Assembly (NCBI GenBank): GCA_013153965.1
Contig: JAADDJ010000016.1
Coordinates: forward strand, 23,530 to 87,529
From: Thermotogota bacterium
GTDB taxonomy: Bacteria > Hydrothermota > Hydrothermia > LBFQ01
DNA: 64,000 nt
Direction of reading: 5' to 3'
In this document: one piece after another, positions 53,602 to 62,121 of the stretch
Numbering within the stretch: the stretch's first letter is position 1
Layout: each line of letters opens with the position of its first letter
Position numbers and translations under genes: made by a program
Notes under the pieces: model-generated
Told to the model about the DNA's origin: nothing
What the model saw: only the letters and a program-made list of their open reading frames with translations
Databases searched by the model: none

Positions 53602-54876
53602 TTGTCTTTCATAGTAGTGCGCGGAGGAAAGCCCTTAGAGGGAAAGGTTCGCATAAGCGGGGCCAAGAATGCCGCCCTCGCCATACTACCCGCCACGATC
53701 GTAGTTAGGGGGGAGGTGAAGGTAGCCAACGCTCCGAGAGTGGCGGACGTTGAGACGATGGTCAATCTGTTGGCGGAGCTGGGTGCCGAGGCGCGGCGGG
53801 AGGAGGACGGTACGGTGGTGTTATCAACGGATGGACTCAACACCTACGAGGCCCCTTACGAGTACGTGAGCCGAATGAGGGCATCCATATACGTTCTTGG
53901 CCCCCTTCTGGCGAGGTTCGGAAGGGCAAAGGTGGCTCTTCCGGGCGGTTGCGCCTTCGGTCCCCGTCCCATAAACTTCCACATATACGCCCTCCAGTCC
54001 ATGGGGGCGAAGGTGTGGGTGGAGCACGGATACGTTATGGCGGAGGCTCCCCAAGGTCTCAGGGGAACCACGATAGCCTTTGAGAGGAAGTCGGTGGGAG
54101 CCACCATCCACACCATGATAACGGCCATACTGGCCGAGGGCGAGACGACGATAGAGAACGCGGCCATAGAGCCGGAGGTCGTGGATGTGGCCCACTTCCT
54201 GCGGCGATGTGGAGCCCGCATAGAGGGAGAGGGGACGGATAGGGTCGTGGTGGAGGGTAGAGGGAGGGACGGATTCCTGAAGGCCTGCTCCCACTACGCC
54301 GTCATTCCAGACAGGATAGAGACAGCCACCTTCCTGATAGCAGGCTTGATAACCCGTGGAAGGGTTGAGATAGAGGGAGCCCTCCCCGAGCATCTCACGG
54401 CCGTGTTGAACAAACTTCGGGAGGCGGGGGCGAAGATGGAGGTGAATGAGGACAGGATAGTCGTCCTACCGTCCGGCAGATTGCAGGGGAGGGACGTGGA
54501 GACGGCCCCCTACCCCGGCTTCCCCACGGACGTTCAACCCATGTACATGGCTCTGATGAGTGTGGCTAAGGGTGTGAGTGTCATAAGGGAGGGGATATAC
54601 CCCGACAGATTCAAGCACGCGTACGAGCTCATGAGGCTCGGAGCGAGCATAGATGTGGGAGATGGCTACGCCGTCGTTAAGGGGGTGAATAGGCTCACAG
54701 GGGCACCGGTGATGGGTACGGACCTGCGGGGTACGGCCGCTTTGGTCCTCGCCGGTCTGGTGGCGGAGGGAGAGACGGCCGTGGGTGGATACTCCCACCT
54801 GGCGCGGGGTTATGAGAACTTCATCGGAAAGATGAGGGGATTGGGAGCCCAGATATCCCTCAAGAACAGTCTCTGA
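53602..54876 (+). CDS. murA: UDP-N-acetylglucosamine 1-carboxyvinyltransferase
   Basis: (M)SFIVVRGGKPLEGKVRISGAKNAALAILPA and active-site LPGGCAFGPRPINFH. The start is set at TTG 53602 because the track ORF (53542) runs through tRNA-Lys. GTG 53617 is an alternative. Confidence 0.88.
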   Translation: MSFIVVRGGKPLEGKVRISGAKNAALAILPATIVVRGEVKVANAPRVADVETMVNLLAELGAEARREEDGTVVLSTDGLNTYEAPYEYVSRMRASIYVLGPLLARFGRAKVALPGGCAFGPRPINFHIYALQSMGAKVWVEHGYVMAEAPQGLRGTTIAFERKSVGATIHTMITAILAEGETTIENAAIEPEVVDVAHFLRRCGARIEGEGTDRVVVEGRGRDGFLKACSHYAVIPDRIETATFLIAGLITRGRVEIEGALPEHLTAVLNKLREAGAKMEVNEDRIVVLPSGRLQGRDVETAPYPGFPTDVQPMYMALMSVAKGVSVIREGIYPDRFKHAYELMRLGASIDVGDGYAVVKGVNRLTGAPVMGTDLRGTAALVLAGLVAEGETAVGGYSHLARGYENFIGKMRGLGAQISLKNSL

Positions 54877-54883
54877 AGGAGAG

Positions 54884-54894
54884 AATAAAAAAAA
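54884..54894 (-). terminator. T8 tract directly after tRNA-Glu (possible tRNA-stem-dependent terminator)
   Basis: The minus strand reads ..TGGGGGCG-TTTTTTTTATTC. The GC-rich acceptor/T-arm helices precede the U-run. Confidence 0.35.
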
Positions 54895-54969
54895 CGCCCC
54901 CACCGGGATTTGAACCCGGGTTTCGTGGCTGAGAACCACGCGTCCTGGACCTGGCTAGACGATGGGGGC
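54895..54969 (-). tRNA. trnE: tRNA-Glu (anticodon CUC)
   Basis: Acceptor GCCCCCA/TGGGGGC, GTCTAGCCAGGTCCAGGAC D region typical of tRNA-Glu, anticodon arm CGTGG-TTCTCAG-CCACG, T arm CCGGG-TTCAAAT-CCCGG, discriminator G. Confidence 0.88.
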
Positions 54970-54980
54970 GTTGGGTGAGT

Positions 54981-54986
54981 ATTATA
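54981..54986 (-). promoter_or_regulatory. -10 box TATAAT, 11 nt upstream of tRNA-Glu
   Basis: The minus strand reads CCCTTATAATACTCACCCAAC, then the tRNA 5' end at 54969. It lies in the 41-nt spacer after the rplX stop. Confidence 0.45.
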
Positions 54987-55010
54987 AGGGTGAAACGGCG
55001 GGAGAGGGGA

Positions 55011-55331
55011 TCAATCTATCACCTCCCCGCACTTCTTGCAGTACCGGACCTTCCTCCCATCCTCCGTGAAGCGGAAACCCACCCTCGTGGGTTGCCCGCA
55101 CTTGGGGCACACGAGCATGAGCTTGGACAGGTAGATGGGAGCCGGTACCTCCTCAACGGTACCCTCCTCCAGACCGTGGCGCCTACCCCTGTGCTTCTTG
55201 ACCAGATTCACGCCATCCACGACGGCCTTCCCCTTACGGGGGAACATGCGCAGGACCTTCCCCTGATGTCCCTTCCACTTGCCGGATATGACCATTACGG
55301 TGTCGCCCCTCTTTATCCTGAAAGCCATCAC
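55011..55331 (-). CDS. rplX: 50S ribosomal protein L24 (Cys4 zinc-ribbon variant)
   Basis: [22 protein letters not shown] is the KOW domain. C-terminal [22 protein letters not shown]. Confidence 0.93.
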   Translation of the reverse strand: MMAFRIKRGDTVMVISGKWKGHQGKVLRMFPRKGKAVVDGVNLVKKHRGRRHGLEEGTVEEVPAPIYLSKLMLVCPKCGQPTRVGFRFTEDGRKVRYCKKCGEVID

Positions 55332-55714
55332 AGTACCTCCGGTGCCAGAGAGACTATCCTCATAAAGCCCTTCTCGCGCAGCTCACGGGCCACGGGACCG
55401 AAGACGCGGGTACCCTTGGGCTCGCCTATCTGATTTATCAGGACCACGGCGTTGTCTCCGAAGCGGATGTATGAGCCGTCCCTGCGCCGTATCTCCTTCT
55501 TGGTGCGCACTATCACGGCCTTGTGGATCTCACCCTTCTTGGCCGAGGCGTTGGGTATGGCCCTCTTTATGGACACCACCACGACGTCCCCCACGTTGGC
55601 GGCCACCCTTCCGCCCTTGCGGCCGCTACCCTTGAGGACCTTAATTATCAGGGCCTCCTTCGCCCCGGTGTTGTCTGCTACCACCACGTACGACAGTTCA
55701 GGCAGATTCCTCAT
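55328..55714 (-). CDS. rplN: 50S ribosomal protein L14
   Basis: Motifs [68 protein letters not shown]. Confidence 0.96.
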   Translation of the reverse strand: MRNLPELSYVVVADNTGAKEALIIKVLKGSGRKGGRVAANVGDVVVVSIKRAIPNASAKKGEIHKAVIVRTKKEIRRRDGSYIRFGDNAVVLINQIGEPKGTRVFGPVARELREKGFMRIVSLAPEVL

Positions 55715-56006
55715 TTTCCAAGACCTCCTTTGCTATCTCCTCAAGCACGGGGGCTTTGCGCAGTATCTTGACCAGGCGCCACCTCTTGAGCTTGGAGAGA
55801 GGTCTGGTCTCCATAACCTCAACGAGATCCCCCACATGGCTCTCGTTGTTCTCATCATGCACGTATATCTTCTTGCGGACCTTAACGTACTTGCGGTACT
55901 TGGGGTGCATCTTCATCCTGTATATCGCCACCACGCGGGTCTTGTTCATCTTGTCGCTCACGACTATACCCCTAAGCACCTTCCTGCGGCCCCTCTGCTC
56001 CTTCAT
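55698..56006 (-). CDS. rpsQ: 30S ribosomal protein S17
   Basis: Motifs [57 protein letters not shown]. Confidence 0.95.
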   Translation of the reverse strand: MKEQRGRRKVLRGIVVSDKMNKTRVVAIYRMKMHPKYRKYVKVRKKIYVHDENNESHVGDLVEVMETRPLSKLKRWRLVKILRKAPVLEEIAKEVLENEESA

Positions 56007-56206
56007 AGCTTAACCCCCTTCTCCCTTAGAACCGTTAGGACTCGCGCTATCTCGCGCCTGTAATACCTTACCAAGTTCTTGTCCTCCAACTGTCCGAGCT
56101 TCTTCTTAAAGCGGGCATCGCGCAGCTGCGCCCTCAGGACCCGGAGACGGGCCTTAAGCTCATCTACGTCCATGGCCCTAAGATCCTTGGCCTTGGTGGG
56201 TCTCAT
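56003..56206 (-). CDS. rpmC: 50S ribosomal protein L29
   Basis: [29 protein letters not shown], and its position between rplP and rpsQ. Confidence 0.93.
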   Translation of the reverse strand: MRPTKAKDLRAMDVDELKARLRVLRAQLRDARFKKKLGQLEDKNLVRYYRREIARVLTVLREKGVKL

Positions 56207-56622
56207 CTTCCCACCTCCTTGGTGGATACTATCTTGGTACGGACGGGAAGTTTGGACGCGGCTATCCTTAGGGCCTCGTAGGCGTCCTCCTCCTTGGCAC
56301 CGGCTATCTCAAAGAGGATGGTTCCGGGCTTGACGACCGCGTACCACGCATGCACGTCTCCCTTACCGCCGCCCATACGGACCTCGGCCGGCTTCTTCGT
56401 GTAGGGGCGATGGGGGAAGATGCGTATCCAAAGGCGCGCCTTCTTGCCGACGGTTCGCACTATGGCCACGCGGGCGGCCTCTATCTGTCGGGCGAATATC
56501 CTCCCCCTGTCCATGCTCTTTAGGGCGTACTCGCCGAACTCTATGCGATTACCGCTCGTGGCGACACCCTTGAGCTTCGCCCTGTGCTGCTTCCTCCACT
56601 TGACTCGGCGGGGCTGCATCAT
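56203..56622 (-). CDS. rplP: 50S ribosomal protein L16
   Basis: Motifs [34 protein letters not shown]-like [22 protein letters not shown]. Confidence 0.96.
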   Translation of the reverse strand: MMQPRRVKWRKQHRAKLKGVATSGNRIEFGEYALKSMDRGRIFARQIEAARVAIVRTVGKKARLWIRIFPHRPYTKKPAEVRMGGGKGDVHAWYAVVKPGTILFEIAGAKEEDAYEALRIAASKLPVRTKIVSTKEVGR

Positions 56623-57296
56623 AGTTTCACCTCCTTCTTACCTCTTAGGATGTCGCCCTTGTATATCCACACCTTCACGCCTATGGTACCCCATTTGGTG
56701 AAGGCGGTGTCGTATCCGTAGTCTATGTTGGCGCGGAGAGTCTGGAGCGGGACCCGACCCTTTATGTACCACTCCTTGCGGGCTATCTCCGCTCCGCCTA
56801 TACGTCCCTTCACCTGCACCCTGATACCCTGGGCCCCCATGCGCATGGCGGCATATACGGCCCTCTTCATCAACCTGCGGTGATAGACCCGCTGCTCCAG
56901 ACGGCGGGCTATGTTGTACGCGACCAGCTGGGCGTCCAGCTCGGGATGCACTATCTCCTGATGCTCAACGAATATCCTCTTCTCCGGACCGCCGAATGTG
57001 GCATTCAGGGCCTCGCGGAGGCCTTCTATGTTCTTGCCTCCCTTGCCGATTATCACGCCGGGGCGGGCGGTGTGTATGGTCACATGCACGTTCAAGCCGA
57101 CACGATTCACCTCTATGCGGGAGATCTGGGGATCGTTGGGTAGCCTGCGGTAGTAGTCGGTTATGAACTTCCTTATCTGGTAATCCTCAAGCAGGTTCTG
57201 AACGTACTCCTGCTTGGTCTCGGCGTACCACGTGGATTGCCAAGGTCGGAAATAACCCGTCCTAAGCCCTATGGGATTGGCTTTCTGGCCCATCAC
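56619..57296 (-). CDS. rpsC: 30S ribosomal protein S3
   Basis: Motifs [49 protein letters not shown]. Confidence 0.97.
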   Translation of the reverse strand: MMGQKANPIGLRTGYFRPWQSTWYAETKQEYVQNLLEDYQIRKFITDYYRRLPNDPQISRIEVNRVGLNVHVTIHTARPGVIIGKGGKNIEGLREALNATFGGPEKRIFVEHQEIVHPELDAQLVAYNIARRLEQRVYHRRLMKRAVYAAMRMGAQGIRVQVKGRIGGAEIARKEWYIKGRVPLQTLRANIDYGYDTAFTKWGTIGVKVWIYKGDILRGKKEVKL

Positions 57297-57718
57297 TTAA
57301 CCTCCTTCTTTTCGGGCAGAACCACCACGGTGATGTGGGAGGTCCTGCGTCTGAATATTCCGTTTCCACCGAAGCGGGCGGGTTTCACGGCGGGCTTGGG
57401 TATCTTCCACATCGGTCCCCTATCAACCTTCACGATGGCTATGCGGAGCTTGGGGTATAGGCTCTCAAGGTCCGTGCCGGGAGCGAACTTGTCCCTGTAG
57501 GAGGCGACGGCGGCTCGCAGGACCTTGCGCATGATCCTCGCCCCCTTCTTGGGGGTAAATCGCAGGACGTAATCGGCCTCCTGCGCGTTCATTCCCTTTA
57601 TCAGGTCGGCTATCAACTTCATCTTCTTCGGGGAGATGCGGGCCCTACGTAGGGCGGAGTATCCCCCCAACGCCTTCCACTCTCTCTTGCTAAGCTGTCC
57701 GAACGGCCTCGTCTTCAT
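57293..57718 (-). CDS. rplV: 50S ribosomal protein L22
   Basis: Motifs [52 protein letters not shown]. Confidence 0.95.
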   Translation of the reverse strand: MKTRPFGQLSKREWKALGGYSALRRARISPKKMKLIADLIKGMNAQEADYVLRFTPKKGARIMRKVLRAAVASYRDKFAPGTDLESLYPKLRIAIVKVDRGPMWKIPKPAVKPARFGGNGIFRRRTSHITVVVLPEKKEVK

Positions 57719-57999
57719 CTCCTACCCGCCTTCTTTCCCTCTTTGTCCTTGTGGCCTCCGAACTTGCGCGTGGGGGCGAACTCTCCGAGGCGATGGCCCA
57801 CCATCTCCTGCGTGATATAGACGGGTATGAAGGTCTTGCCGTTATGGACCAAGAAGGTGAGCCCTATGAACTCGGGCAGGATCATGGAGGCTCTGGACCA
57901 GGTCTTTATGGGGGATTTGTCCCCCTTCTCCAAAGCCTTCCGAACCTTTTTTAGCAGTTTGGGATGTACGTACGGTCCCTTCTTTAAACTCCTCGCCAT
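57715..57999 (-). CDS. rpsS: 30S ribosomal protein S19
   Basis: Motifs [69 protein letters not shown]. Confidence 0.97.
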   Translation of the reverse strand: MARSLKKGPYVHPKLLKKVRKALEKGDKSPIKTWSRASMILPEFIGLTFLVHNGKTFIPVYITQEMVGHRLGEFAPTRKFGGHKDKEGKKAGRR

Positions 58000-58003
58000 A
58001 TCT

Positions 58004-58852
58004 TTACTCCTTTGAGCCGTATCCTATCCTCCGACGCTTGACGATGAAGGTGTCGGAGGGCTTGCGCTTGCGGCGCGTCTTGACTCCTCTCGCGATCTTA
58101 CCCCAAGGCGTCTTGGGTATCTTACCCTTGGTTCGGCCCTCACCTCCTCCGTGGGGATGGTCCACGGGGTTCATGGCCACGCCGCGCACGGCGGGTCTGC
58201 GACCGAGCCACCTCTTCCTTCCGGCCTTACCCAAGGTGACGTTCTCGTGGTCCACGTTGGAGACCTGACCTACGGTGGCGTAGCAGTTGTGGTGGAACTT
58301 GCGGATCTCCTTGGAGGGGAGCTGGACGTAAATCCAGTTCTCGTCCTTGGACAGGATGGTGGCGTAGGTTCCAGCGGCCCTCACCAGCTGGCCTCCCTTT
58401 CCGGGTATCATCTCCAGATTGTGTATGGGGGTACCCTCGGGTATCCTCTCAAGGGGAAGGGCGTTTCCTACCTTTATGGGCGCATCGGGACCGGCCATCA
58501 CCTCGTCCCCGACCTTCAGGCCCTCCGGGGCCAATATGTAGCGCTTCTCCCCATCCCTGTAGGCTATCAGCGCTATGAAGGCCGTCCTGTTGGGATCGTA
58601 CTCTATGGACTTGACCACTCCGGGAACGCCCACCTTATCGTGCCGGAGGAAGTCTATTATGCGATACTTCCTCTTGTTCCCGCCGCCCCTGTGGCGGACG
58701 GTGATCCTTCCCTGATTGTTCCTCCCGGCCTTCTGCTTCTTGGGCTTGGTCAGGGACTTCTCCGGCTCCTCCTTCGTTATGTACGCGGAGTAATCCACGA
58801 CGCTCATCCATCTGCGGCCGGGAGTGTAGGGTCTATACTTCTTTATAGGCAT
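58004..58852 (-). CDS. rplB: 50S ribosomal protein L2
   Basis: Motifs [55 protein letters not shown]. Confidence 0.97.
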   Translation of the reverse strand: MPIKKYRPYTPGRRWMSVVDYSAYITKEEPEKSLTKPKKQKAGRNNQGRITVRHRGGGNKRKYRIIDFLRHDKVGVPGVVKSIEYDPNRTAFIALIAYRDGEKRYILAPEGLKVGDEVMAGPDAPIKVGNALPLERIPEGTPIHNLEMIPGKGGQLVRAAGTYATILSKDENWIYVQLPSKEIRKFHHNCYATVGQVSNVDHENVTLGKAGRKRWLGRRPAVRGVAMNPVDHPHGGGEGRTKGKIPKTPWGKIARGVKTRRKRKPSDTFIVKRRRIGYGSKE

Positions 58853-58853
58853 A

Positions 58854-59150
58854 TCACACCCCCAGATCTATCCTATGACCCTCCGCCAAGGTCACTATGG
58901 CCTTCTTGTAGCGGCGGGTCCTACCCATTATGCGGCGACGGCGCAGGTCCCTACGAGGCTTGGGCTTGTAGTTCATCGTATTGACCTTCAGGACCTTAAC
59001 CCCGAAGAGCCTCTCAACGGCCTCCTTTATCTGTATCTTGTTGGCGTCGGGATGGACGATGAAGGTGTATTTGTTGTACCTGTCCCTGAGGTTCAGAGCC
59101 TTCTCCGTAAGCACCGGCTCTATGATGACGTCGTTGTAGTCCAGCTTCAT
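58854..59150 (-). CDS. rplW: 50S ribosomal protein L23
   Basis: [44 protein letters not shown]. The ATG overlaps the rplD stop (ATGA). The longer track ORF is rejected. Confidence 0.93.
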   Translation of the reverse strand: MKLDYNDVIIEPVLTEKALNLRDRYNKYTFIVHPDANKIQIKEAVERLFGVKVLKVNTMNYKPKPRRDLRRRRIMGRTRRYKKAIVTLAEGHRIDLGV

Positions 59151-59773
59151 AGCAGTCTCTCCTTCAGCTTCTCTATAGCCCCATCCTCGGCGACCACGTA
59201 GTCGGACCACAGGACGTAGTAGGTGTTGAGTTGGTCCGCGTGGAGGACCTCAACGTCGGGTATGTTCCGGGCCGATAGGTAGAAGACTCGGTCGTAGTCC
59301 TTGGGGACGAAGAGGACATTCTTACCCAAGAGTCCCACGCTCTTGAGGAAGTTATAGACGGTCTTGGTCTTGGGCTTATCCATGCGGGTACTCTCAAGGA
59401 TTATCACCCTGTCGTTCTGAGCCCTGTCGGCCAAGGCCATACGCAGGGCCAACCTCTTAGCCCGCTTGGGCATCCGTATGTAGTACTCCTTGGGGCGGGG
59501 ACCATGTGCCTTTCCACCCCCGACGAAGATGGGGGCGTACCTATCCCCATGGCGGGCCCTACCCATGTGCTTCTGGGGCCATATCTTGCGCCGGGAACCC
59601 TTAACCTCACCGCGGGTCTTGGCGTGATGGGTCCCCTGACGCTGGTTGTAAAGGTAGGTCCTGACGGCCTCCCACAGGAGATGGCCGTCGGGTTTTATTC
59701 CGAAAAAGTCCTCGGGAAGGTCCCGCTCGCCCGTCTTCTCTCCGGCCAGGTTGTATATCGGGGCCTTCATCAC
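59147..59773 (-). CDS. rplD: 50S ribosomal protein L4
   Basis: Motifs VRTYLYNQRQGTHHAKTRGEVKGSRRKIWPQKHMGRARHGDRYAPIFVGGGKAHGPRP. Confidence 0.96.
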   Translation of the reverse strand: MMKAPIYNLAGEKTGERDLPEDFFGIKPDGHLLWEAVRTYLYNQRQGTHHAKTRGEVKGSRRKIWPQKHMGRARHGDRYAPIFVGGGKAHGPRPKEYYIRMPKRAKRLALRMALADRAQNDRVIILESTRMDKPKTKTVYNFLKSVGLLGKNVLFVPKDYDRVFYLSARNIPDVEVLHADQLNTYYVLWSDYVVAEDGAIEKLKERLL

Positions 59774-60435
59774 TTATCACCTCCGTATTTATACACGGCG
59801 GGCCTCACGAACACGTACGCCCCCCGGTGTCCCGGAACGCCGCCCTTCACCAGGAGCAGGTTGTCGTCGGGGTATATGCGCACCAGCTGCAGGTTGAGGA
59901 TGGTGGCGGTTTCGTTCCCATAATGGCCGGCCATCTTCTTCCCCTTCCACACCCTACCGGGGAAGGTGTGCTGTCCGATGGAGCCGGGCCTCCTGTGGAA
60001 CTTGGATCCGTGGGCGGCTGGGCCTCCCGAGAAGTCCCACCTCTTCATCACTCCCGTGAAACCTCTTCCCTTGGTCTTCCCCTGCACATCCACCACATCA
60101 ATTCCCTCAAATAGGCTCGCTCCGAGAGAGGAGCCCACGGGGAACTTGTCCAGTTCGTCGGTTTTAAACTCGTAGAATTTGGTGGGATACCTATCCCTTT
60201 CGCCCAGCGCCCCCTTCACGAATCCGAGGACGGGCCGCTTCACCTTGTGGGCGGGTTTGAAGTCGTAGCCCACTATGACGGCGTTGTACCCATCCTTCTC
60301 GGCCGTCCTATGACCCACGACGACGTTCTCCGGGACCTGAAGGACCGTCACGGGAACGGGTATTCCGAAGGGCTCGTGTTCGGGTTTAACATACACCTGC
60401 GTCATCCCGACCTTCTTGGCTATCAGCTTAAGCAT
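59770..60435 (-). CDS. rplC: 50S ribosomal protein L3
   Basis: Motifs LIAKKVGMTQVY..VPVTVLQV..GKTKGRGFTGVMKRWDFSGGPAAHGS.FHRRPGSIG. Confidence 0.96.
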   Translation of the reverse strand: MLKLIAKKVGMTQVYVKPEHEPFGIPVPVTVLQVPENVVVGHRTAEKDGYNAVIVGYDFKPAHKVKRPVLGFVKGALGERDRYPTKFYEFKTDELDKFPVGSSLGASLFEGIDVVDVQGKTKGRGFTGVMKRWDFSGGPAAHGSKFHRRPGSIGQHTFPGRVWKGKKMAGHYGNETATILNLQLVRIYPDDNLLLVKGGVPGHRGAYVFVRPAVYKYGGDK

Positions 60436-60439
60436 GGCA

Positions 60440-60751
60440 CTACTCCGTTATTATCTTGACCTTTATATCCACGCCCGGAGGCAGGTCTATCTGCGATATC
60501 TTCTCTATGGTCTCCGGCGTGGCATCCCTTATCTCTATCAGGCGGGCGTGCTTTTTCAGCCAGAAGTGCTCCTGCCCTCGCTTGTCTATGTGGGGTCCTC
60601 GGATGACGGCGAATAGGGTCCTCTTGGTCGGAAGGGGGATGGGCCCGGCCACCTTGGCGCCGGTGGCCTTGGCCGTGAATACTATCTCCCGGGCCGTCCT
60701 GTCCAGGACGGCCGGGTCAAAGCTTTTGAGTTTCAAACGTATCTTGTCCAT
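60440..60751 (-). CDS. rpsJ: 30S ribosomal protein S10
   Basis: IRLKLKSFDPAVLDRTAREIV..GPIPLPTKR..IRGPHIDKRGQEHF..HARLIEI. The ATG overlaps the tuf stop by 1 nt (TAATG). Confidence 0.96.
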   Translation of the reverse strand: MDKIRLKLKSFDPAVLDRTAREIVFTAKATGAKVAGPIPLPTKRTLFAVIRGPHIDKRGQEHFWLKKHARLIEIRDATPETIEKISQIDLPPGVDIKVKIITE

Positions 60752-61971
60752 TACTCAAGGATCTCGGTGATCACGCCCGCGCCTACCGTACGGCCACCCT
60801 CACGGATGGCGAAGCGCAGCCCCTTCTCTATGGCTACGGGGTATATCAGCTCCACGTCCATGGTGACGTTGTCGCCGGGCATGGCCATCTCACGGTTGGG
60901 GTCGGCGAACTTGATGGTTCCGGTCACGTCGGTGGTACGGAAGTAGAACTGGGGCCTGTAGCCGTTGAAGAAAGGCGTGGAACGGCCACCCTCCTCCTTC
61001 TTCAGGATATAGACCTCGGCACGGAATTTCTTGTGGGCCTGGATGGAGCCGGGCTTGGCCAGTACCATACCCCTCTCCACCTCGTCCTTGCCTATACCAC
61101 GCAGGAGGGCACCGATGTTGTCTCCGGGGATGGCCTCGTCCAGAATACGACGGAACATCTCTATAGACGTGACCACCGTCTTGAGAGGCTTCTCACGGAA
61201 TCCCACTATCTCCACCTCGTCGCCGGGACGCAGAACGCCACGCTCCACCCTACCGGTGACGACCGTACCGCGACCGGTGATGGAGAATACGTCCTCTATG
61301 GCCATGAGGAAGGGCTTGTCTATCTCGCGCTTGGGCTCGGGCACGTACTCGTCCAAGGCCTCCACGAGCTTGAGGATGGCGCCGGCGCCTATCTCATCGT
61401 CAAAGTCGGAGGGATTCTGCAGAGCCTTGAGGGCGGAGCCCCTTATCACGGGAACCTCGTCGCCGGGATATCCGTACTCGTTGAGGAGATCCCTCACCTC
61501 CATCTCCACCAGCTCCAGCAGGTCGGGGTCATCCACCAGGTCCACCTTGTTGATGAAGACCACTATGGCGGGGACTCCCACCTGGCGGGCCAGCAGGACG
61601 TGCTCGCGGGTCTGAGGCATCACGGAATCAACGGCGGAGACCACCAGTATGGCGCCATCCATCTGGGCGGCACCGGTGATCATGTTCTTGATGTAGTCCG
61701 CGTGCCCGGGACAGTCTATGTGGGCGTAGTGATACTTGTCGGACTCGTACTCAACGTGGGCCACGTTGATCGTCAGGATCTTGGTCTCATCCTTGCGGGC
61801 GATCTTGGCGTCGGCCTTGGCGACCTCGTCGTAGGACTTGAACTCGGCCTGTCCCTTCTGAGCCAGAACGGCCGTTATGGCGGCCGTAAGCGTCGTCTTA
61901 CCATGGTCAATATGACCGATGGTTCCCACGTTCTTGTGGGGCTTCGTCCGTTCAAACTTGGGCTTGGCCAT
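60751..61971 (-). CDS. tuf: Elongation factor Tu (divergent switch I)
   Basis: Motifs [23 protein letters not shown], and domains II/III are near-identical to canonical EF-Tu. It lies in the canonical position upstream of rpsJ. Confidence 0.95.
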   Translation of the reverse strand: MAKPKFERTKPHKNVGTIGHIDHGKTTLTAAITAVLAQKGQAEFKSYDEVAKADAKIARKDETKILTINVAHVEYESDKYHYAHIDCPGHADYIKNMITGAAQMDGAILVVSAVDSVMPQTREHVLLARQVGVPAIVVFINKVDLVDDPDLLELVEMEVRDLLNEYGYPGDEVPVIRGSALKALQNPSDFDDEIGAGAILKLVEALDEYVPEPKREIDKPFLMAIEDVFSITGRGTVVTGRVERGVLRPGDEVEIVGFREKPLKTVVTSIEMFRRILDEAIPGDNIGALLRGIGKDEVERGMVLAKPGSIQAHKKFRAEVYILKKEEGGRSTPFFNGYRPQFYFRTTDVTGTIKFADPNREMAMPGDNVTMDVELIYPVAIEKGLRFAIREGGRTVGAGVITEILE

Positions 61972-62019
61972 CTCTCTTTACCTCCTTTTTTGCCTCCTTT
62001 ACGAAAAAAGCGACCTGCA

Positions 62020-62025
62020 ATTATA
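62020..62025 (-). promoter_or_regulatory. -10 box TATAAT for tuf/S10 operon (48-nt leader, two AAGGAGG motifs)
   Basis: The minus strand reads CCCGTATAATTGCAGGTCGCTTTTTTCGTAAAGGAGGCAAAAAAGGAGGTAAAGAGAG-ATG. Confidence 0.5.
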
Positions 62026-62078
62026 CGGGTGCGCGCAGGCCGCATAACGCTCCAAACCCCCTCCCGGGGTTGGCGTGT

Positions 62079-62084
62079 ATTCTA
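62079..62084 (-). promoter_or_regulatory. Second candidate -10 box (TAGAAT) upstream of tuf
   Basis: The minus strand reads CCGCCTTAGAATACACG, followed by the hairpin CCAACCCC-GGGA-GGGGGTTTGG. Confidence 0.3.
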
Positions 62085-62121
62085 AGGCGGAAGGGGACGA
62101 TTTGGGAGCCTTTTTAGCGCA

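Noticed and set aside
58854-59210. Longer L23 ORF starting MVRLRGRRGWGY
   Set aside because: It overlaps 60 nt of rplD. The L23 consensus starts at MKLDYNDVI, whose ATG forms an ATGA overlap with the rplD stop.
61033-62085. Plus-strand 350-aa ORF opposite tuf
   Set aside because: It is the shadow frame of EF-Tu, with a low-complexity translation.
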